Assembly (NCBI GenBank): GCA_029861785.1
Contig: JAOTYR010000001.1
Coordinates: 2,636 to 66,635 of the forward strand
Direction of reading: 5' to 3'
Length of the DNA: 64,000 nt
Origin: Nitrosopumilus sp.
GTDB lineage: Archaea > Thermoproteota > Nitrososphaeria > Nitrososphaerales > Nitrosopumilaceae
The translations under genes were made by a program, and so were the position numbers. Positions within the stretch are counted from its first letter, which is position 1. Each line of letters opens with the position of its first letter. The notes below the pieces were generated by a model. It saw only the letters and a list, made by a program, of their open reading frames with translations, was not told the DNA's origin and ran no database searches. This document shows positions 1 through 9,339 of this stretch, one piece after another.

Positions 1-1
1 A

Positions 2-769
2 AACGTTAAACCCAAATCTGGAAGACTAAATCCTAGTCAAAGAACCGCAGTAAAAGAGGCCGTTAAAAAAATGTTAATGGGTTCTGAAATTATTTCAGAT
101 TCTACAGGAGGGATTACTGCTCAAGTTTTAGTTAATCTTTTAGAGCTTTCTGTTGATGGGGCATTCAAAAGAATGCTTCACCTTACAAAATCAATGTCAA
201 ATGATGCCATACTTGCAGTAAAAGAAAATAATTTGGAGCTTGCGCAAGAAGTTATCAATACCGATGATGAGGTAGATAGATTTGGATTTTATATTATTCG
301 CCAATTAAAAATTGCAATTCAGAATGAACATATGCTAAAAGAAATGGGATTCAGAAATGCTAGAAATTGCCTTGGATATCGGCTGGTTGTAAAAAATATT
401 GAAAGAACAGGAGATCATGCAGCATTTATTGCAAAGGATCTCTTAGAATTCAAAAAGTCTGTGAAAAAGGAAATTTTAGACAAAATTCAAGAGATGAATG
501 AATTTTGTTTAGGCGTCCTAGACGATTCTTGTTTGGCCTTATTCAAGGAAGACTATAATCATGCCGAAAAGATAATTGAGAAAACCTTTGATATCACAAA
601 ATATGAGAAAAAAATTCGAGATGCTTCCAGATCTCTAAAGGATGATGAAGAAATTTACAGAATAAGAAGGATAAGTGAGAGCATTAGGAGGATTTCAGAG
701 TATGCAAGTGATATTGCAGAAATTGTTCTAAATATGAATATTGAAAAGGCGTTAAAGAAAAAGGCATAA
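2..769 (+). CDS. PhoU-domain protein (phosphate-uptake-regulator-like); N-terminus probably upstream of the window
   Basis: The listed ORF is 71..769, but the frame stays open back to nt 2. Two PhoU-type helical repeats carry the ERxGDxxxxIA-like signature (IERTGDHAAFIAKDL and ISEYASDIAEIV). Confidence 0.7.
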   Translation, partial: NVKPKSGRLNPSQRTAVKEAVKKMLMGSEIISDSTGGITAQVLVNLLELSVDGAFKRMLHLTKSMSNDAILAVKENNLELAQEVINTDDEVDRFGFYIIRQLKIAIQNEHMLKEMGFRNARNCLGYRLVVKNIERTGDHAAFIAKDLLEFKKSVKKEILDKIQEMNEFCLGVLDDSCLALFKEDYNHAEKIIEKTFDITKYEKKIRDASRSLKDDEEIYRIRRISESIRRISEYASDIAEIVLNMNIEKALKKKA

Positions 770-828
770 TTTTTGGTAGGCAAAGATAGTCAGGTTTTAA
801 TTTACGGTAAAATGAAATAATTAGAAAA

Positions 829-1950
829 ATGAATTCTGCCATTTTAATCACATACGACAAGGAAGATGTAATAACAGAGGCAGTGGGATTATGTGATGCA
901 GCAAGATATCATATAGTCCACACTATTACCCAAAATTTCCTAAAGAAGCCAAAGTATGGAATTAGTGGTGGAGTGTTAGAAAAATTAGAAGGGATAACTG
1001 AAAAGCTTAGACCAGATGTGATTGTTTTTGATGAAATTTTAAAACCAAGTCAGAATTATAATCTAGCAACTGCACTTCATAAAGAAATTTTAGATAGAGA
1101 GGCACTAATTCTTGAAATATTTGAATCTAGAGCATCAAGTTCAGAATCAAAATTACAAGTAAAACTGGCTCAACTACGATATGAAATGGTAAGAGCAAGA
1201 GAAAAGGTACGATTGTCCAGAATAGGAGAACAGCCAGGATTTATGGGAATTGGACAATTCGAGGTTGATGTTTACTATAACGATATAAAAAACAGAATGA
1301 AAACTGTAAGATCAAAATTAGAAAAAGCTGGTAAGCAAAGAGAGTTGCATCGACAAAGTAGAAAAAGACAAGGCTTCAAGACCATGTCATTGGCAGGATA
1401 TACGTCTGCCGGAAAAACAACTTTATTTAACAAATTAACCGGAGAGTCAAAGGAACAAAGTAAAGAGTTGTTTACGACATTATCTACCACTACCAGAAGG
1501 ATAGTAATAAATCAGGATCAATTTTTAATTGCAGATACTGTTGGTTTTATTAGCAAATTACCTGCATATATGATAGAAGCATTCAAGTCCACATTAGAGG
1601 AATTAATTTACACAGATGTTATTCTACTTGTAATTGACATTAGTGATTCTGCATCTGAATTAAAAAAGAAAGTTGCAAGTTGTCTACGTACATTAAGCGA
1701 TGTTGGAGTGGAACAAGATAAAATAATTTTTGTACTGAATAAATCAGATTTAGTTTCTAATTATGAAATTCGAGAAAAAGTAAAAATTTTAAATTTAGCG
1801 GAGAATAAAAAATGTATTGCAGTATCTGCTTTAGCAGAAAAAAATATGGATGAATTAAAAATTCTAATCAAAGATATAATTGAAAGTCAAAGTTTAACAA
1901 AAAATGATAAAAATTTGGTAAAGGAGTGGAATCATCCTTATGGTAATTGA
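829..1950 (+). CDS. hflX: GTPase HflX
   Basis: HflX-type N-terminal domain followed by a G domain: G1 [15 protein letters not shown]3 DTVGF, G4 NKSD. Length 373 aa. Confidence 0.9.
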   Translation: MNSAILITYDKEDVITEAVGLCDAARYHIVHTITQNFLKKPKYGISGGVLEKLEGITEKLRPDVIVFDEILKPSQNYNLATALHKEILDREALILEIFESRASSSESKLQVKLAQLRYEMVRAREKVRLSRIGEQPGFMGIGQFEVDVYYNDIKNRMKTVRSKLEKAGKQRELHRQSRKRQGFKTMSLAGYTSAGKTTLFNKLTGESKEQSKELFTTLSTTTRRIVINQDQFLIADTVGFISKLPAYMIEAFKSTLEELIYTDVILLVIDISDSASELKKKVASCLRTLSDVGVEQDKIIFVLNKSDLVSNYEIREKVKILNLAENKKCIAVSALAEKNMDELKILIKDIIESQSLTKNDKNLVKEWNHPYGN

Positions 1951-2473
1951 AGTGGTTAGAATTGGCCAAAGAGTAGTAAGAGATGATAGAGTAACAACTC
2001 ATGTCACTTTGGTTGCAAGGGCATTTGGTGCTAAAACAATTTTTATGACAGAGGTAAATCCAGACATCAAAGATACCCTAGATAAGATAAACAATACTTG
2101 GGGAGGTGATTTTTCAGTAGAATTTATTGATAGTTGGAAACCTTTAATAAAAAAGAAAAAAGAAAATGGCTTTAAAATTGTGCATCTTTCTATGTACGGT
2201 GAAAAAATTAATGATATTCAATCTGACCTTAGAAAAGAAGAGAATATGGTAATAGTAGTGGGTGCAGAAAAAGTACCCAGAGAAATTTACGAGTCTGCAG
2301 ATTATAACGTAGGAATTGGAAGTCAACCTCATTCTGAAATCAGTGCTTTAGCAATACTTTTGGATCGAATTCAAAAGGGGAGTCAGTTCAACAAAGTATT
2401 CCCAGAGGCAAAAAGAAAGATCATACCTACAAAAATGGGTAAAACTGTAGTAATGAAAGAGACAAGGGATTAA
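1940..2473 (+). CDS. trm56: tRNA (cytidine56-2'-O)-methyltransferase aTrm56 (SPOUT family)
   Basis: The N-terminus [27 protein letters not shown] matches the recalled aTrm56 signature (LGHRxxRDxRvtTHVaLtARAFGA). About 177 aa. Overlaps the hflX stop by 11 nt. Confidence 0.8.
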   Translation: MVIEVVRIGQRVVRDDRVTTHVTLVARAFGAKTIFMTEVNPDIKDTLDKINNTWGGDFSVEFIDSWKPLIKKKKENGFKIVHLSMYGEKINDIQSDLRKEENMVIVVGAEKVPREIYESADYNVGIGSQPHSEISALAILLDRIQKGSQFNKVFPEAKRKIIPTKMGKTVVMKETRD

Positions 2474-2499
2474 TAATAGAATACAATTAGTCATTAAAG

Positions 2500-3015
2500 T
2501 TGGTAGACAAATACGAAGATCCCTTTGTCAGAATTGCTTCGATGATTGGCGGTGATGAATACCTAAAGGTTGCCAGATCACTTTTAAAAGCAGAAGATGC
2601 AACAGATGAAGAAATAGCTAGTTCTACAGGCCTAAGGATTAACATGGTCAGAAAAGTATTGTATGATTTATTTGGAAAATCACTGATAACGGGAATTCGA
2701 GTAAAAGATGAACGAAAGGGTTGGTTTGTTTATAGATGGAGAACAAGAAGAGAGGAGGTAGAGCATTTCATTGAAAATCAAAAAAAGAAAATCACTGAAA
2801 GGCTGCAGCAGAGATTAGATTTTGAAAACCATTCAGATTTTTATCATTGTGGGAATGAAGATTGTCCAAGAGTAACATTTGAAGAGGCTTTAGAAGGGAT
2901 GTTCAAGTGTCCCTCTTGCCAAAATGTATTGAATTTAAAGAAAAACGATAAATCAAAAAAAGCATATGCCAAGAAAGTTGATGAGATAAAAAAAGATATG
3001 CAACAAATATTCTAG
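2500..3015 (+). CDS. tfe: Transcription factor E (TFE alpha / TFIIE-alpha homolog)
   Basis: TTG start. N-terminal winged-helix region, then a zinc ribbon (CGNEDC...CPSC). Size is typical of archaeal TFE. Confidence 0.85.
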   Translation: MVDKYEDPFVRIASMIGGDEYLKVARSLLKAEDATDEEIASSTGLRINMVRKVLYDLFGKSLITGIRVKDERKGWFVYRWRTRREEVEHFIENQKKKITERLQQRLDFENHSDFYHCGNEDCPRVTFEEALEGMFKCPSCQNVLNLKKNDKSKKAYAKKVDEIKKDMQQIF

Positions 3016-3254
3016 GTGAATTTTTCAAATTAACTAATTTCACTAGTCCCTTGTAGAAAATAATTTTTTAATAAATTTTAGTGAAAATATGATATGAAGT
3101 AATTACAAATAATAATAATTTCTTGAAAAAGTTTTCCAAGTTATGAATTTTTAATAATGATCATACAAAAAATATTCATTTTTTACTATATCGAGAAGAA
3201 AAGATGCTTTCTAATAGTTCGAAAAAACTTGAATTCTAGCTTACTGAATTAAAT

Positions 3255-4670
3255 ATGAGTAATTATTGGAAAAGATCCTTGAATCAAATTACTACGGTAA
3301 ATCCAGCAACAGGTGAAGAAATTTCAAAATTTACCCCAATGGATAAAGATCAGGTTTTTCAATTAGTAGGTAAAGCAAAGAGAGCATATCCAGAGTGGAA
3401 AAAAAACTATGAAAAACGAAGAAGTTACATTTACAATTTAGTTGAATATTTAAAAAAAAATAAAACAGAGTTAGGCAAAATTGCAACATCTGAGATGGGA
3501 AAGGCTCTCAAGGAATCAATTGGTGAAGTTGAAAAATGTGCGTGGGCGTTAGAGTTTTATGCGGATCATGGTGATAGTTTTCTTTCTGATGAAGTCCTAA
3601 ACACAGATGCTCGAAAAAGTTTCTTAACATTTGAACCACTTGGAGTAATTGGTTCTATTATGCCATGGAACTTTCCGTATTGGCAAGCACTAAGATTTGC
3701 TGCACCATGTTTAATGGCAGGAAATGTAATAGTTATGAAACCATCCAGATTAACTCTTCAATCTGGAATTGAAATTGAAAAAGCATTTACAGAATCAGGT
3801 GTTCCAGATGGGATTTTTCAAACAGTAGTAGGAAGTGTTGATTCAGCTAACCATCTAATCGATTCAGAAGTTAATGCTGTTACATTTACTGGAAGTACAA
3901 ATGCAGGAGCAAAAGTCGGTGAACGTGCAGCAATAAATTTGAAAAAATGTGTTCTAGAACTTGGAGGAAGTGATCCATTCATCGTTTTAGATGATGCAAT
4001 AATTGAAAAAGCTGCTGAAGGAGCAGTTAAAGGAAGGTTTATCAATTGTGGACAAAGCTGTGTGGCCTCAAAAAGGTTTTTTGTAGGAAAAAATATTGCT
4101 AAAGATTTCATTGAGCTGTTTATTAAGAAAGCATCTAAGCTGAAAGTTGGAGATCCTATGTCCATAGAAACTGATGTAGGTCCACTTTCGAGTAAAGAAG
4201 GATTAGATACGATTTCAGGGATTGTCGAAGATGCTAAGGAAAAAGGAGCTGAAATTCTTTTAGGAGGAGCTGAAATTGAAGGTAAGGGTTGCTTTTATCA
4301 GCCTACTATTCTTACAAATGTTAAACCAAATATGCGAATTGCAAAAGAAGAAACTTTTGGTCCGGTAGCTCCAATAACAGTAGTAGACAATGAAAGTGAA
4401 GCAGTTAGATTAGCAAATGATATTGAATTCGGATTAGGAGCCAGCATTTGGACCAAAGATTTAGAAAAAGCCGATAAAATGTCAAGAAGAATAGAATCAG
4501 GCATAGTTAGTGTAAATAACGTGGTTCTTTCAGATCCACGAGTTCCTTTTGGAGGGATAAAACATAGTGGATTTGGAAGAGAATTATCAAGATACGGTAT
4601 GCTAGAATTTGTAAATATTAAATCAGTTAGATTTTATGAAAATCTTACTCATCATCATTATGTAGAATAG
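3255..4670 (+). CDS. NAD(P)-dependent aldehyde dehydrogenase (succinate-semialdehyde-dehydrogenase-like)
   Basis: ALDH superfamily signatures: catalytic Glu context ELGGSDP, catalytic Cys context FINCGQSCVAS, and FTGSTNAG. Length 471 aa. Confidence 0.85.
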   Translation: MSNYWKRSLNQITTVNPATGEEISKFTPMDKDQVFQLVGKAKRAYPEWKKNYEKRRSYIYNLVEYLKKNKTELGKIATSEMGKALKESIGEVEKCAWALEFYADHGDSFLSDEVLNTDARKSFLTFEPLGVIGSIMPWNFPYWQALRFAAPCLMAGNVIVMKPSRLTLQSGIEIEKAFTESGVPDGIFQTVVGSVDSANHLIDSEVNAVTFTGSTNAGAKVGERAAINLKKCVLELGGSDPFIVLDDAIIEKAAEGAVKGRFINCGQSCVASKRFFVGKNIAKDFIELFIKKASKLKVGDPMSIETDVGPLSSKEGLDTISGIVEDAKEKGAEILLGGAEIEGKGCFYQPTILTNVKPNMRIAKEETFGPVAPITVVDNESEAVRLANDIEFGLGASIWTKDLEKADKMSRRIESGIVSVNNVVLSDPRVPFGGIKHSGFGRELSRYGMLEFVNIKSVRFYENLTHHHYVE

Positions 4671-4681
4671 ATCAATTTATC

Positions 4682-5239
4682 TTAGTTTTCTTGTTTAGAA
4701 ACATCTTTGGTGAGATTTTCAACAAGTTCTTCATAATTTTCTCGAGTTTTTCCGGTTTCTTTGAGTTTAATTTCTTCTATATTGGTTAATTCTCTATCGA
4801 CTTTCTCTGAAACATATTGTAACCTAGCCTCGGCCATCATAAACAATCTATTATTTTCTTTCCACAGATGCTCAGTTATGTGTTCAGTATATTGTTTCAT
4901 ATCATTAATTAAATTTTCAGAGGTTCCAGAATCAATGTATTGTTTTGCAGATTCTTCCATATGTTTTCCAATTTCTCGTGATCGTTCATGATCTATTAAC
5001 ATCATTGCAATTGGTCCCATATTTCTTGGCATTCCAGCTTGCTCTAATGCAGGAAACAAAGCATTTTCTTCTTTACTATGATGACACACATCTGTAAAGT
5101 TTTTAGAAAAGTCAATTACTGGATAAAGTATAGATTCAGGAATTTGTTTTCCACTATCAAGGAGTTGAATTGTCGCTTTCATAGCTTTAATTACTTTTTC
5201 AATTAATTCATGGTCTCGTCGTAAAGATGCAGTTGACAT
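4682..5239 (-). CDS. Hemerythrin (HHE cation-binding domain) protein
   Basis: HHE signature CHHSKEENALFP, plus further His/Glu ligand motifs (IDHERSREI, HLWKENNRLF). Confidence 0.8.
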   Translation of the reverse strand: MSTASLRRDHELIEKVIKAMKATIQLLDSGKQIPESILYPVIDFSKNFTDVCHHSKEENALFPALEQAGMPRNMGPIAMMLIDHERSREIGKHMEESAKQYIDSGTSENLINDMKQYTEHITEHLWKENNRLFMMAEARLQYVSEKVDRELTNIEEIKLKETGKTRENYEELVENLTKDVSKQEN

Positions 5240-5306
5240 GTAATTTTTTGATAAATTCCTTTATCTAAAGTTTATTAAATTTATAGGAAAATATTAGAAA
5301 GAAGGA

Positions 5307-5323
5307 AACGAAATTTTTTCGTT
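5307..5323 (-). terminator. Short hairpin downstream of the small basic-protein gene (possible terminator)
   Basis: Perfect inverted repeat AACGAAA-TTT-TTTCGTT. It lies 13 nt past the stop at 5336 and is followed on the coding strand by a T-rich stretch. The function is not demonstrated. Confidence 0.3.
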
Positions 5324-5335
5324 AACCATTTGTTT

Positions 5336-5566
5336 CTATCGGTTTGAAAGACTATTGGATTTCACAAATGCCCAAATTTTTTTGGTCATTTCACTTGGTG
5401 CAATCGGTTTCTTACCAAATACTTGCTCAACTGTTTCTTTGCGACCTACAAAGTTAATTGCATATCCACCAAATGCTGGTTTTTTTGTTTTAGTGGTAGA
5501 TTTTGTTTTTTTACTTGAGCTGCTAGTGGTTTTCTTTTTTGTTGTAGTTTTCTTTTTTGCTGCCAA
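5336..5566 (-). CDS. Small basic protein: K/T/S-rich N-terminal tail plus a C-terminal segment resembling the first half of a SWIB/MDM2 domain
   Basis: 76-aa ORF. Residues 1-30 are AAKKKTTTKKKTTSSSSKKTKSTTKTKK. The C-terminus VEQVFGKKPIAPSEMTKKIWAFVKSNSL resembles the recalled SWIB motif (xxIVGxxPMxRTEiiKKmWdYIKenxLQ). The antisense ORF 5355..5618 is a low-complexity mirror. Confidence 0.55.
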   Translation of the reverse strand: MAAKKKTTTKKKTTSSSSKKTKSTTKTKKPAFGGYAINFVGRKETVEQVFGKKPIAPSEMTKKIWAFVKSNSLSNR

Positions 5567-5602
5567 TTTCTCGTACTACTATTTCAAATTAAGTATAATA
5601 AC

Positions 5603-6259
5603 TTACAGTTTTGTATAATGTAAAACAAGGTCATTTTCAAGCCTTTTGATTCTATTTAGCCTTAGTTTTGGTGATTTTGTAACTTTATCAAATCCTTTAC
5701 CTTGAACCAAAGATATTGCATTTTTTCCACCTAAAATAAAAGGTGTTATTGTTATGAAAAATTCATCAACTAAATTATTTTTTATAAATTCCCAGTTTAT
5801 AGTCCCCCCACCCTCTAGAAGCACCGTTTTAATTTTTCTTTTTCCAAGACTACTCATTAATGTTTTAACATTTATTTGGTTTTTACCTATTATCAGTATT
5901 TCAATTGGAAAGTTCTTTAATTTTTGCAAATTTCTTTTTGTTATTTTTTTGGAAACAACAATGATGGTTTTTATTTGATAGCTTGTTTGCAGTATTTTGG
6001 ATTTATTTGAAATAGTTCCCCGAGAATCCAGAATTATTCTGATAGGATTTCTTCCTCTGGAGTATCTTACGTTAAGTAAAGGATCATCTTTGTTAACTGT
6101 ATTTTTTCCAATTAAAATTGCGTCTACTTGTGAACGTAATTGGTGAAGTCTTATGAGATCCTTTTTAGAAGAAAGTTTAGAATCTCCTGAGCCAGTTGCT
6201 ATTTTTCCATCTATTGATATTGCTGCACTTAAAATTATTTTTGGATTAAATTTTTCCAT
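5603..6259 (-). CDS. arfC: 2,5-diamino-6-ribosylamino-4(3H)-pyrimidinone 5'-phosphate reductase (RibD C-terminal-domain type; archaeal ArfC)
   Basis: DHFR-like RibD_C signature (IILSAAISIDGKIAT ... LLEGGGTINWEF). About 218 aa. Last gene of the riboflavin operon. Confidence 0.8.
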   Translation of the reverse strand: MEKFNPKIILSAAISIDGKIATGSGDSKLSSKKDLIRLHQLRSQVDAILIGKNTVNKDDPLLNVRYSRGRNPIRIILDSRGTISNKSKILQTSYQIKTIIVVSKKITKRNLQKLKNFPIEILIIGKNQINVKTLMSSLGKRKIKTVLLEGGGTINWEFIKNNLVDEFFITITPFILGGKNAISLVQGKGFDKVTKSPKLRLNRIKRLENDLVLHYTKL

Positions 6260-7436
6260 GAACTATCTTACCTCCAATCATAACTGCTCTAATACTAGAT
6301 TCTGAAGCTCGATGCACAATTGATGCATGAACATTATGCATTGGTTCTAAATCAATAGAATGTTTATCAATGAATATTCCATCTGCATATTTTCCCGTCT
6401 CAATTACTCCAACTTCTTTTTTCAAAATTTTTCCACCGTTTACTGTTGCCATTTTCAAAATTTCTTTTGGATTTACTCTTTTTTTATGAATTGCCATTGA
6501 AACTTTCCATAAATAATCCATTTCTCGAAACATATCTGGAGAATTTATCATGATATTATCCGTTCCTAATGCTATTGTACATCCAGTTTTTTTCATTAAA
6601 TCAATGTCTGGAATTCCTTCTGCAAGTGAAGCATTTGCTCGTGGACAAATTACAATTCCCCTGGTTTTTTTGGCTGTAGTGAAAAGATCTCCTTTTGAGG
6701 CATGAGTCATATGAACCAAAAAATGAGGTTTAAGATTCAATGCCCGTATTGTCTCAGATTTTCCAGTAATTTTTTTTGACGTAGAAACACTTTGTCTTGT
6801 TTCTGATGAATGGATTGCTCTCAATTTTGATGTCCTAGAGTAGAAATTTAGAACTGATTGACTATTTTCATTTGCTCCACTAATTCCAAGTCCATCACAT
6901 TTTGTAAGTAAATTTGTCAATTCATCAATTCGGTTTTTTGGGAATGATGTATTTTTTTGTATTTCTATATTTGTTTGATAAAATTCTAATCTTCCAAGAA
7001 TTATTGACCGTATTGGGACTTTAGATAACACTTCTTTAAGCATCAAAATTCCATCTAATCCTCCTTCTCGAAAATCCACAAATGTAGTGATTCCGTTTTT
7101 TAACATAGTGTTGCAAGAATTTTTCATGAAGTTTTTAAGCTGTTTAGGATCTGTTTCTTTTAGGATTTTTGATTTTATTCCTAGAACGGGATGAATGCGG
7201 TTGTTTACAGAGCTATTCAAAGTAATGTCTTTTGCGATAGAATCTCCAATATGAGTATGACAATTCATAAATCCAGGAATTAATAACATTCCTTCACAAT
7301 CTATTGATTCTTCTTTTGCGCTTGGACCTATATTATGTTGAATTTTTTTAAATCTATTATTCTGAACTTTTAAATTAATGTTGGATACATATACTAATTC
7401 TTTACCAATTAGCGCACTAACATTTTTTATTAACAT
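6246..7436 (-). CDS. Metal-dependent amidohydrolase (chlorohydrolase/aminohydrolase-type) embedded in the riboflavin operon
   Basis: Amidohydrolase-superfamily ligands are intact: HxH in PGFMNCHTHIGDS, His in FLVHMTHAS, Asp in IALGTDN. It overlaps arfA by 7 nt and arfC by 14 nt. Confidence 0.8.
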   Translation of the reverse strand: MLIKNVSALIGKELVYVSNINLKVQNNRFKKIQHNIGPSAKEESIDCEGMLLIPGFMNCHTHIGDSIAKDITLNSSVNNRIHPVLGIKSKILKETDPKQLKNFMKNSCNTMLKNGITTFVDFREGGLDGILMLKEVLSKVPIRSIILGRLEFYQTNIEIQKNTSFPKNRIDELTNLLTKCDGLGISGANENSQSVLNFYSRTSKLRAIHSSETRQSVSTSKKITGKSETIRALNLKPHFLVHMTHASKGDLFTTAKKTRGIVICPRANASLAEGIPDIDLMKKTGCTIALGTDNIMINSPDMFREMDYLWKVSMAIHKKRVNPKEILKMATVNGGKILKKEVGVIETGKYADGIFIDKHSIDLEPMHNVHASIVHRASESSIRAVMIGGKIVHGKI

Positions 7437-8182
7437 TGTAATTCATAAACTTCAGGTTTTTCTTTTCCTGAATCTCGAATTTCTCTAATAGTATCAAGAG
7501 ATTTGGTGGCAAGATTTACAGCCTCTCTAGAAGTTTTTCCACTGCCAATCCCACAATTCAAAATAATTCCATCTTCTTTTTTGATTAATCCTATGAAGTC
7601 CTTTGCAGTTTTTTTTGCATCCACACTGGCAATGACCATAAAATTATCTCCTCCCATGAAAAATGTTAAAGAATTTCTTTTAATAAAGAATTTCAACATT
7701 TTTGCATATAAGCTAAAAATAACTGAAGAGATTTCAATTGGAGAGAGTATTTTTCTTTTAGAAGAAAGATCATCTATATCAAAATGCATAATGATTACAT
7801 TTTTTTTTGACACAGCATTTTCAAAACCAAAAATATCATGTTCTTTACTTAAAATGATTTCATTTTTCTTTCCTTCGTATGCTTTTAGATTTGCTTCAAA
7901 TGGAGAATTTGCGTGTCCTATGAAAATTGAAAGTCGTATATCAAATTTTTTTCTAAGATTTTTTTGAATTTCTATATGATCTTCCAGATTTAACCCGTTT
8001 GATACTACAAAAAATTCATCTGCCCTATTTAGGAAAACGAGACAATTCTTTTCTGAAAATTGTCTCTGGAGTTCCTTGTAAAGAGATGCTTGAAGCATTT
8101 GAAGCTCATGTTCTCTATCACTTCCTTGTGTCAATGTCCATGGACCATAATCGTTTATTTTTAAAATACTAAGTTGAATCAT
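7430..8182 (-). CDS. arfA: GTP cyclohydrolase III (archaeal, FAPy-forming)
   Basis: The N-terminus IQLSILKINDYGPWTLTQGSDREHELQMLQASLY matches the recalled MJ0145-family signature (IQxxxIDNYGPWTxTPxPRRExDLQxLQSRLY). 250 aa. Confidence 0.85.
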   Translation of the reverse strand: MIQLSILKINDYGPWTLTQGSDREHELQMLQASLYKELQRQFSEKNCLVFLNRADEFFVVSNGLNLEDHIEIQKNLRKKFDIRLSIFIGHANSPFEANLKAYEGKKNEIILSKEHDIFGFENAVSKKNVIIMHFDIDDLSSKRKILSPIEISSVIFSLYAKMLKFFIKRNSLTFFMGGDNFMVIASVDAKKTAKDFIGLIKKEDGIILNCGIGSGKTSREAVNLATKSLDTIREIRDSGKEKPEVYELQC

Positions 8183-8595
8183 TCCTTAATCCTATCAAGT
8201 TCATTTGTTACTTTTACAAATGCTTCTACTGCTCTTTCAGATACAGATCTAATTCGTGCAAAAGCATGTCTTTCTTGCATACCAGGTCCTGTAATTCCAA
8301 GTGAAACAGGTTTTCGATATTTTAATGATAGTTCGGTTAAGGCCTTTGCTGCAGAATGAGCAATTACCTCATCATGTTTTGTTTGTCCTTTGATAATAGC
8401 ACCCAAGGTAACTACCCCATCTACATTTTTTTTTTGTAATAAGGAATCAACAATAATAGGCATATCGTATGCACCTGGAACTTTACAAATATAGGTTATT
8501 TTTAATTTCAATATTTTTGCTTTTTCTTGGGCCACAGAAAGCATTTTTGATGTCACTTCTTGATTAAATTCTGAAACTACTATAGCAATGTTCAA
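8179..8595 (-). CDS. ribH: 6,7-dimethyl-8-ribityllumazine synthase
   Basis: 138 aa. N-terminus IAIVVSEFNQEVTSKML and the lumazine-synthase core (GAYDMP, VTLGAIIKGQTKHDEVI). Confidence 0.9.
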   Translation of the reverse strand: MNIAIVVSEFNQEVTSKMLSVAQEKAKILKLKITYICKVPGAYDMPIIVDSLLQKKNVDGVVTLGAIIKGQTKHDEVIAHSAAKALTELSLKYRKPVSLGITGPGMQERHAFARIRSVSERAVEAFVKVTNELDRIKE

Positions 8596-8597
8596 AA

Positions 8598-9260
8598 TTA
8601 ATGCACCTTTGCGTATTCTAATAGTTCTTTTCCATCAATTAATGGAATAGCGTTTTGTTTTGCATATTTTTCTGCTTTTTCTATTGACAAGGCAGAATAT
8701 GTTTCAGCATCCATCATTTCACATATTGCTGTTACTGGAGTCAAATCTGCGAGTTTGGTCATGTAAACTGACATTTCAGTATGACCTTGTCTGTTTTGTA
8801 ATAGTCCTTTTGATGCAAGCAATATGGGTACATGGCCAGGAGTTTTAAAAGAAGAAATAAATTTTTTCTTTTTGTTATCGACATCAAAAATATTGGCCAT
8901 TTCTCTAATAGTTAAGGAACGATCTCTATCAGTAATTCCGGTATAAGTTTGATAATGATTTATAGAAATTGAAAAAGTCGGCCGATCTCCATAGGGAGCA
9001 AGGCCCATTATCATTTCTTTGTCGGTAGATGTTTCTGCCAAAATATCGTGCATATAGCGTAAACCTAAAGAATTTGCAAAATCATTATCAATTGCAATAC
9101 ATAAAAGACCTCCTGCATGTTGACGCATACGGGCAACATGTTCGGGAGTAACAAATTCTGCAGCTGTTACCATGTCGATCTCATTTTCCCTTCCTGCAGA
9201 GTCAAACAAGAGAACAAATTCTCCTCTTTTCAAGGATTGAATACCTGATTCAAGTGACAC
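8598..9260 (-). CDS. ribB: 3,4-dihydroxy-2-butanone 4-phosphate synthase
   Basis: DHBP synthase signature GRENEIDMVTAAEFVTPEHVARMRQHAGGLLC and the HTE motif (RQGHTEMSV). Confidence 0.9.
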   Translation of the reverse strand: MSLESGIQSLKRGEFVLLFDSAGRENEIDMVTAAEFVTPEHVARMRQHAGGLLCIAIDNDFANSLGLRYMHDILAETSTDKEMIMGLAPYGDRPTFSISINHYQTYTGITDRDRSLTIREMANIFDVDNKKKKFISSFKTPGHVPILLASKGLLQNRQGHTEMSVYMTKLADLTPVTAICEMMDAETYSALSIEKAEKYAKQNAIPLIDGKELLEYAKVH

Positions 9261-9339
9261 GAGTGAAAATGGGCAAGAGTCAGATTATAAAGTTTACTAA
9301 AAAATTAGTAAATACCACGATATTGGTAATAAAGGTATT

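Noticed and set aside
5355-5618. 87-aa plus-strand ORF rich in Phe and Val opposite the small basic-protein gene.
   Set aside because: It is the complement of the poly-Lys/Thr coding repeat (AAG/AAA/ACN read as TTT/CTT/NGT). It has no start context or motifs, so the minus-strand reading is preferred.
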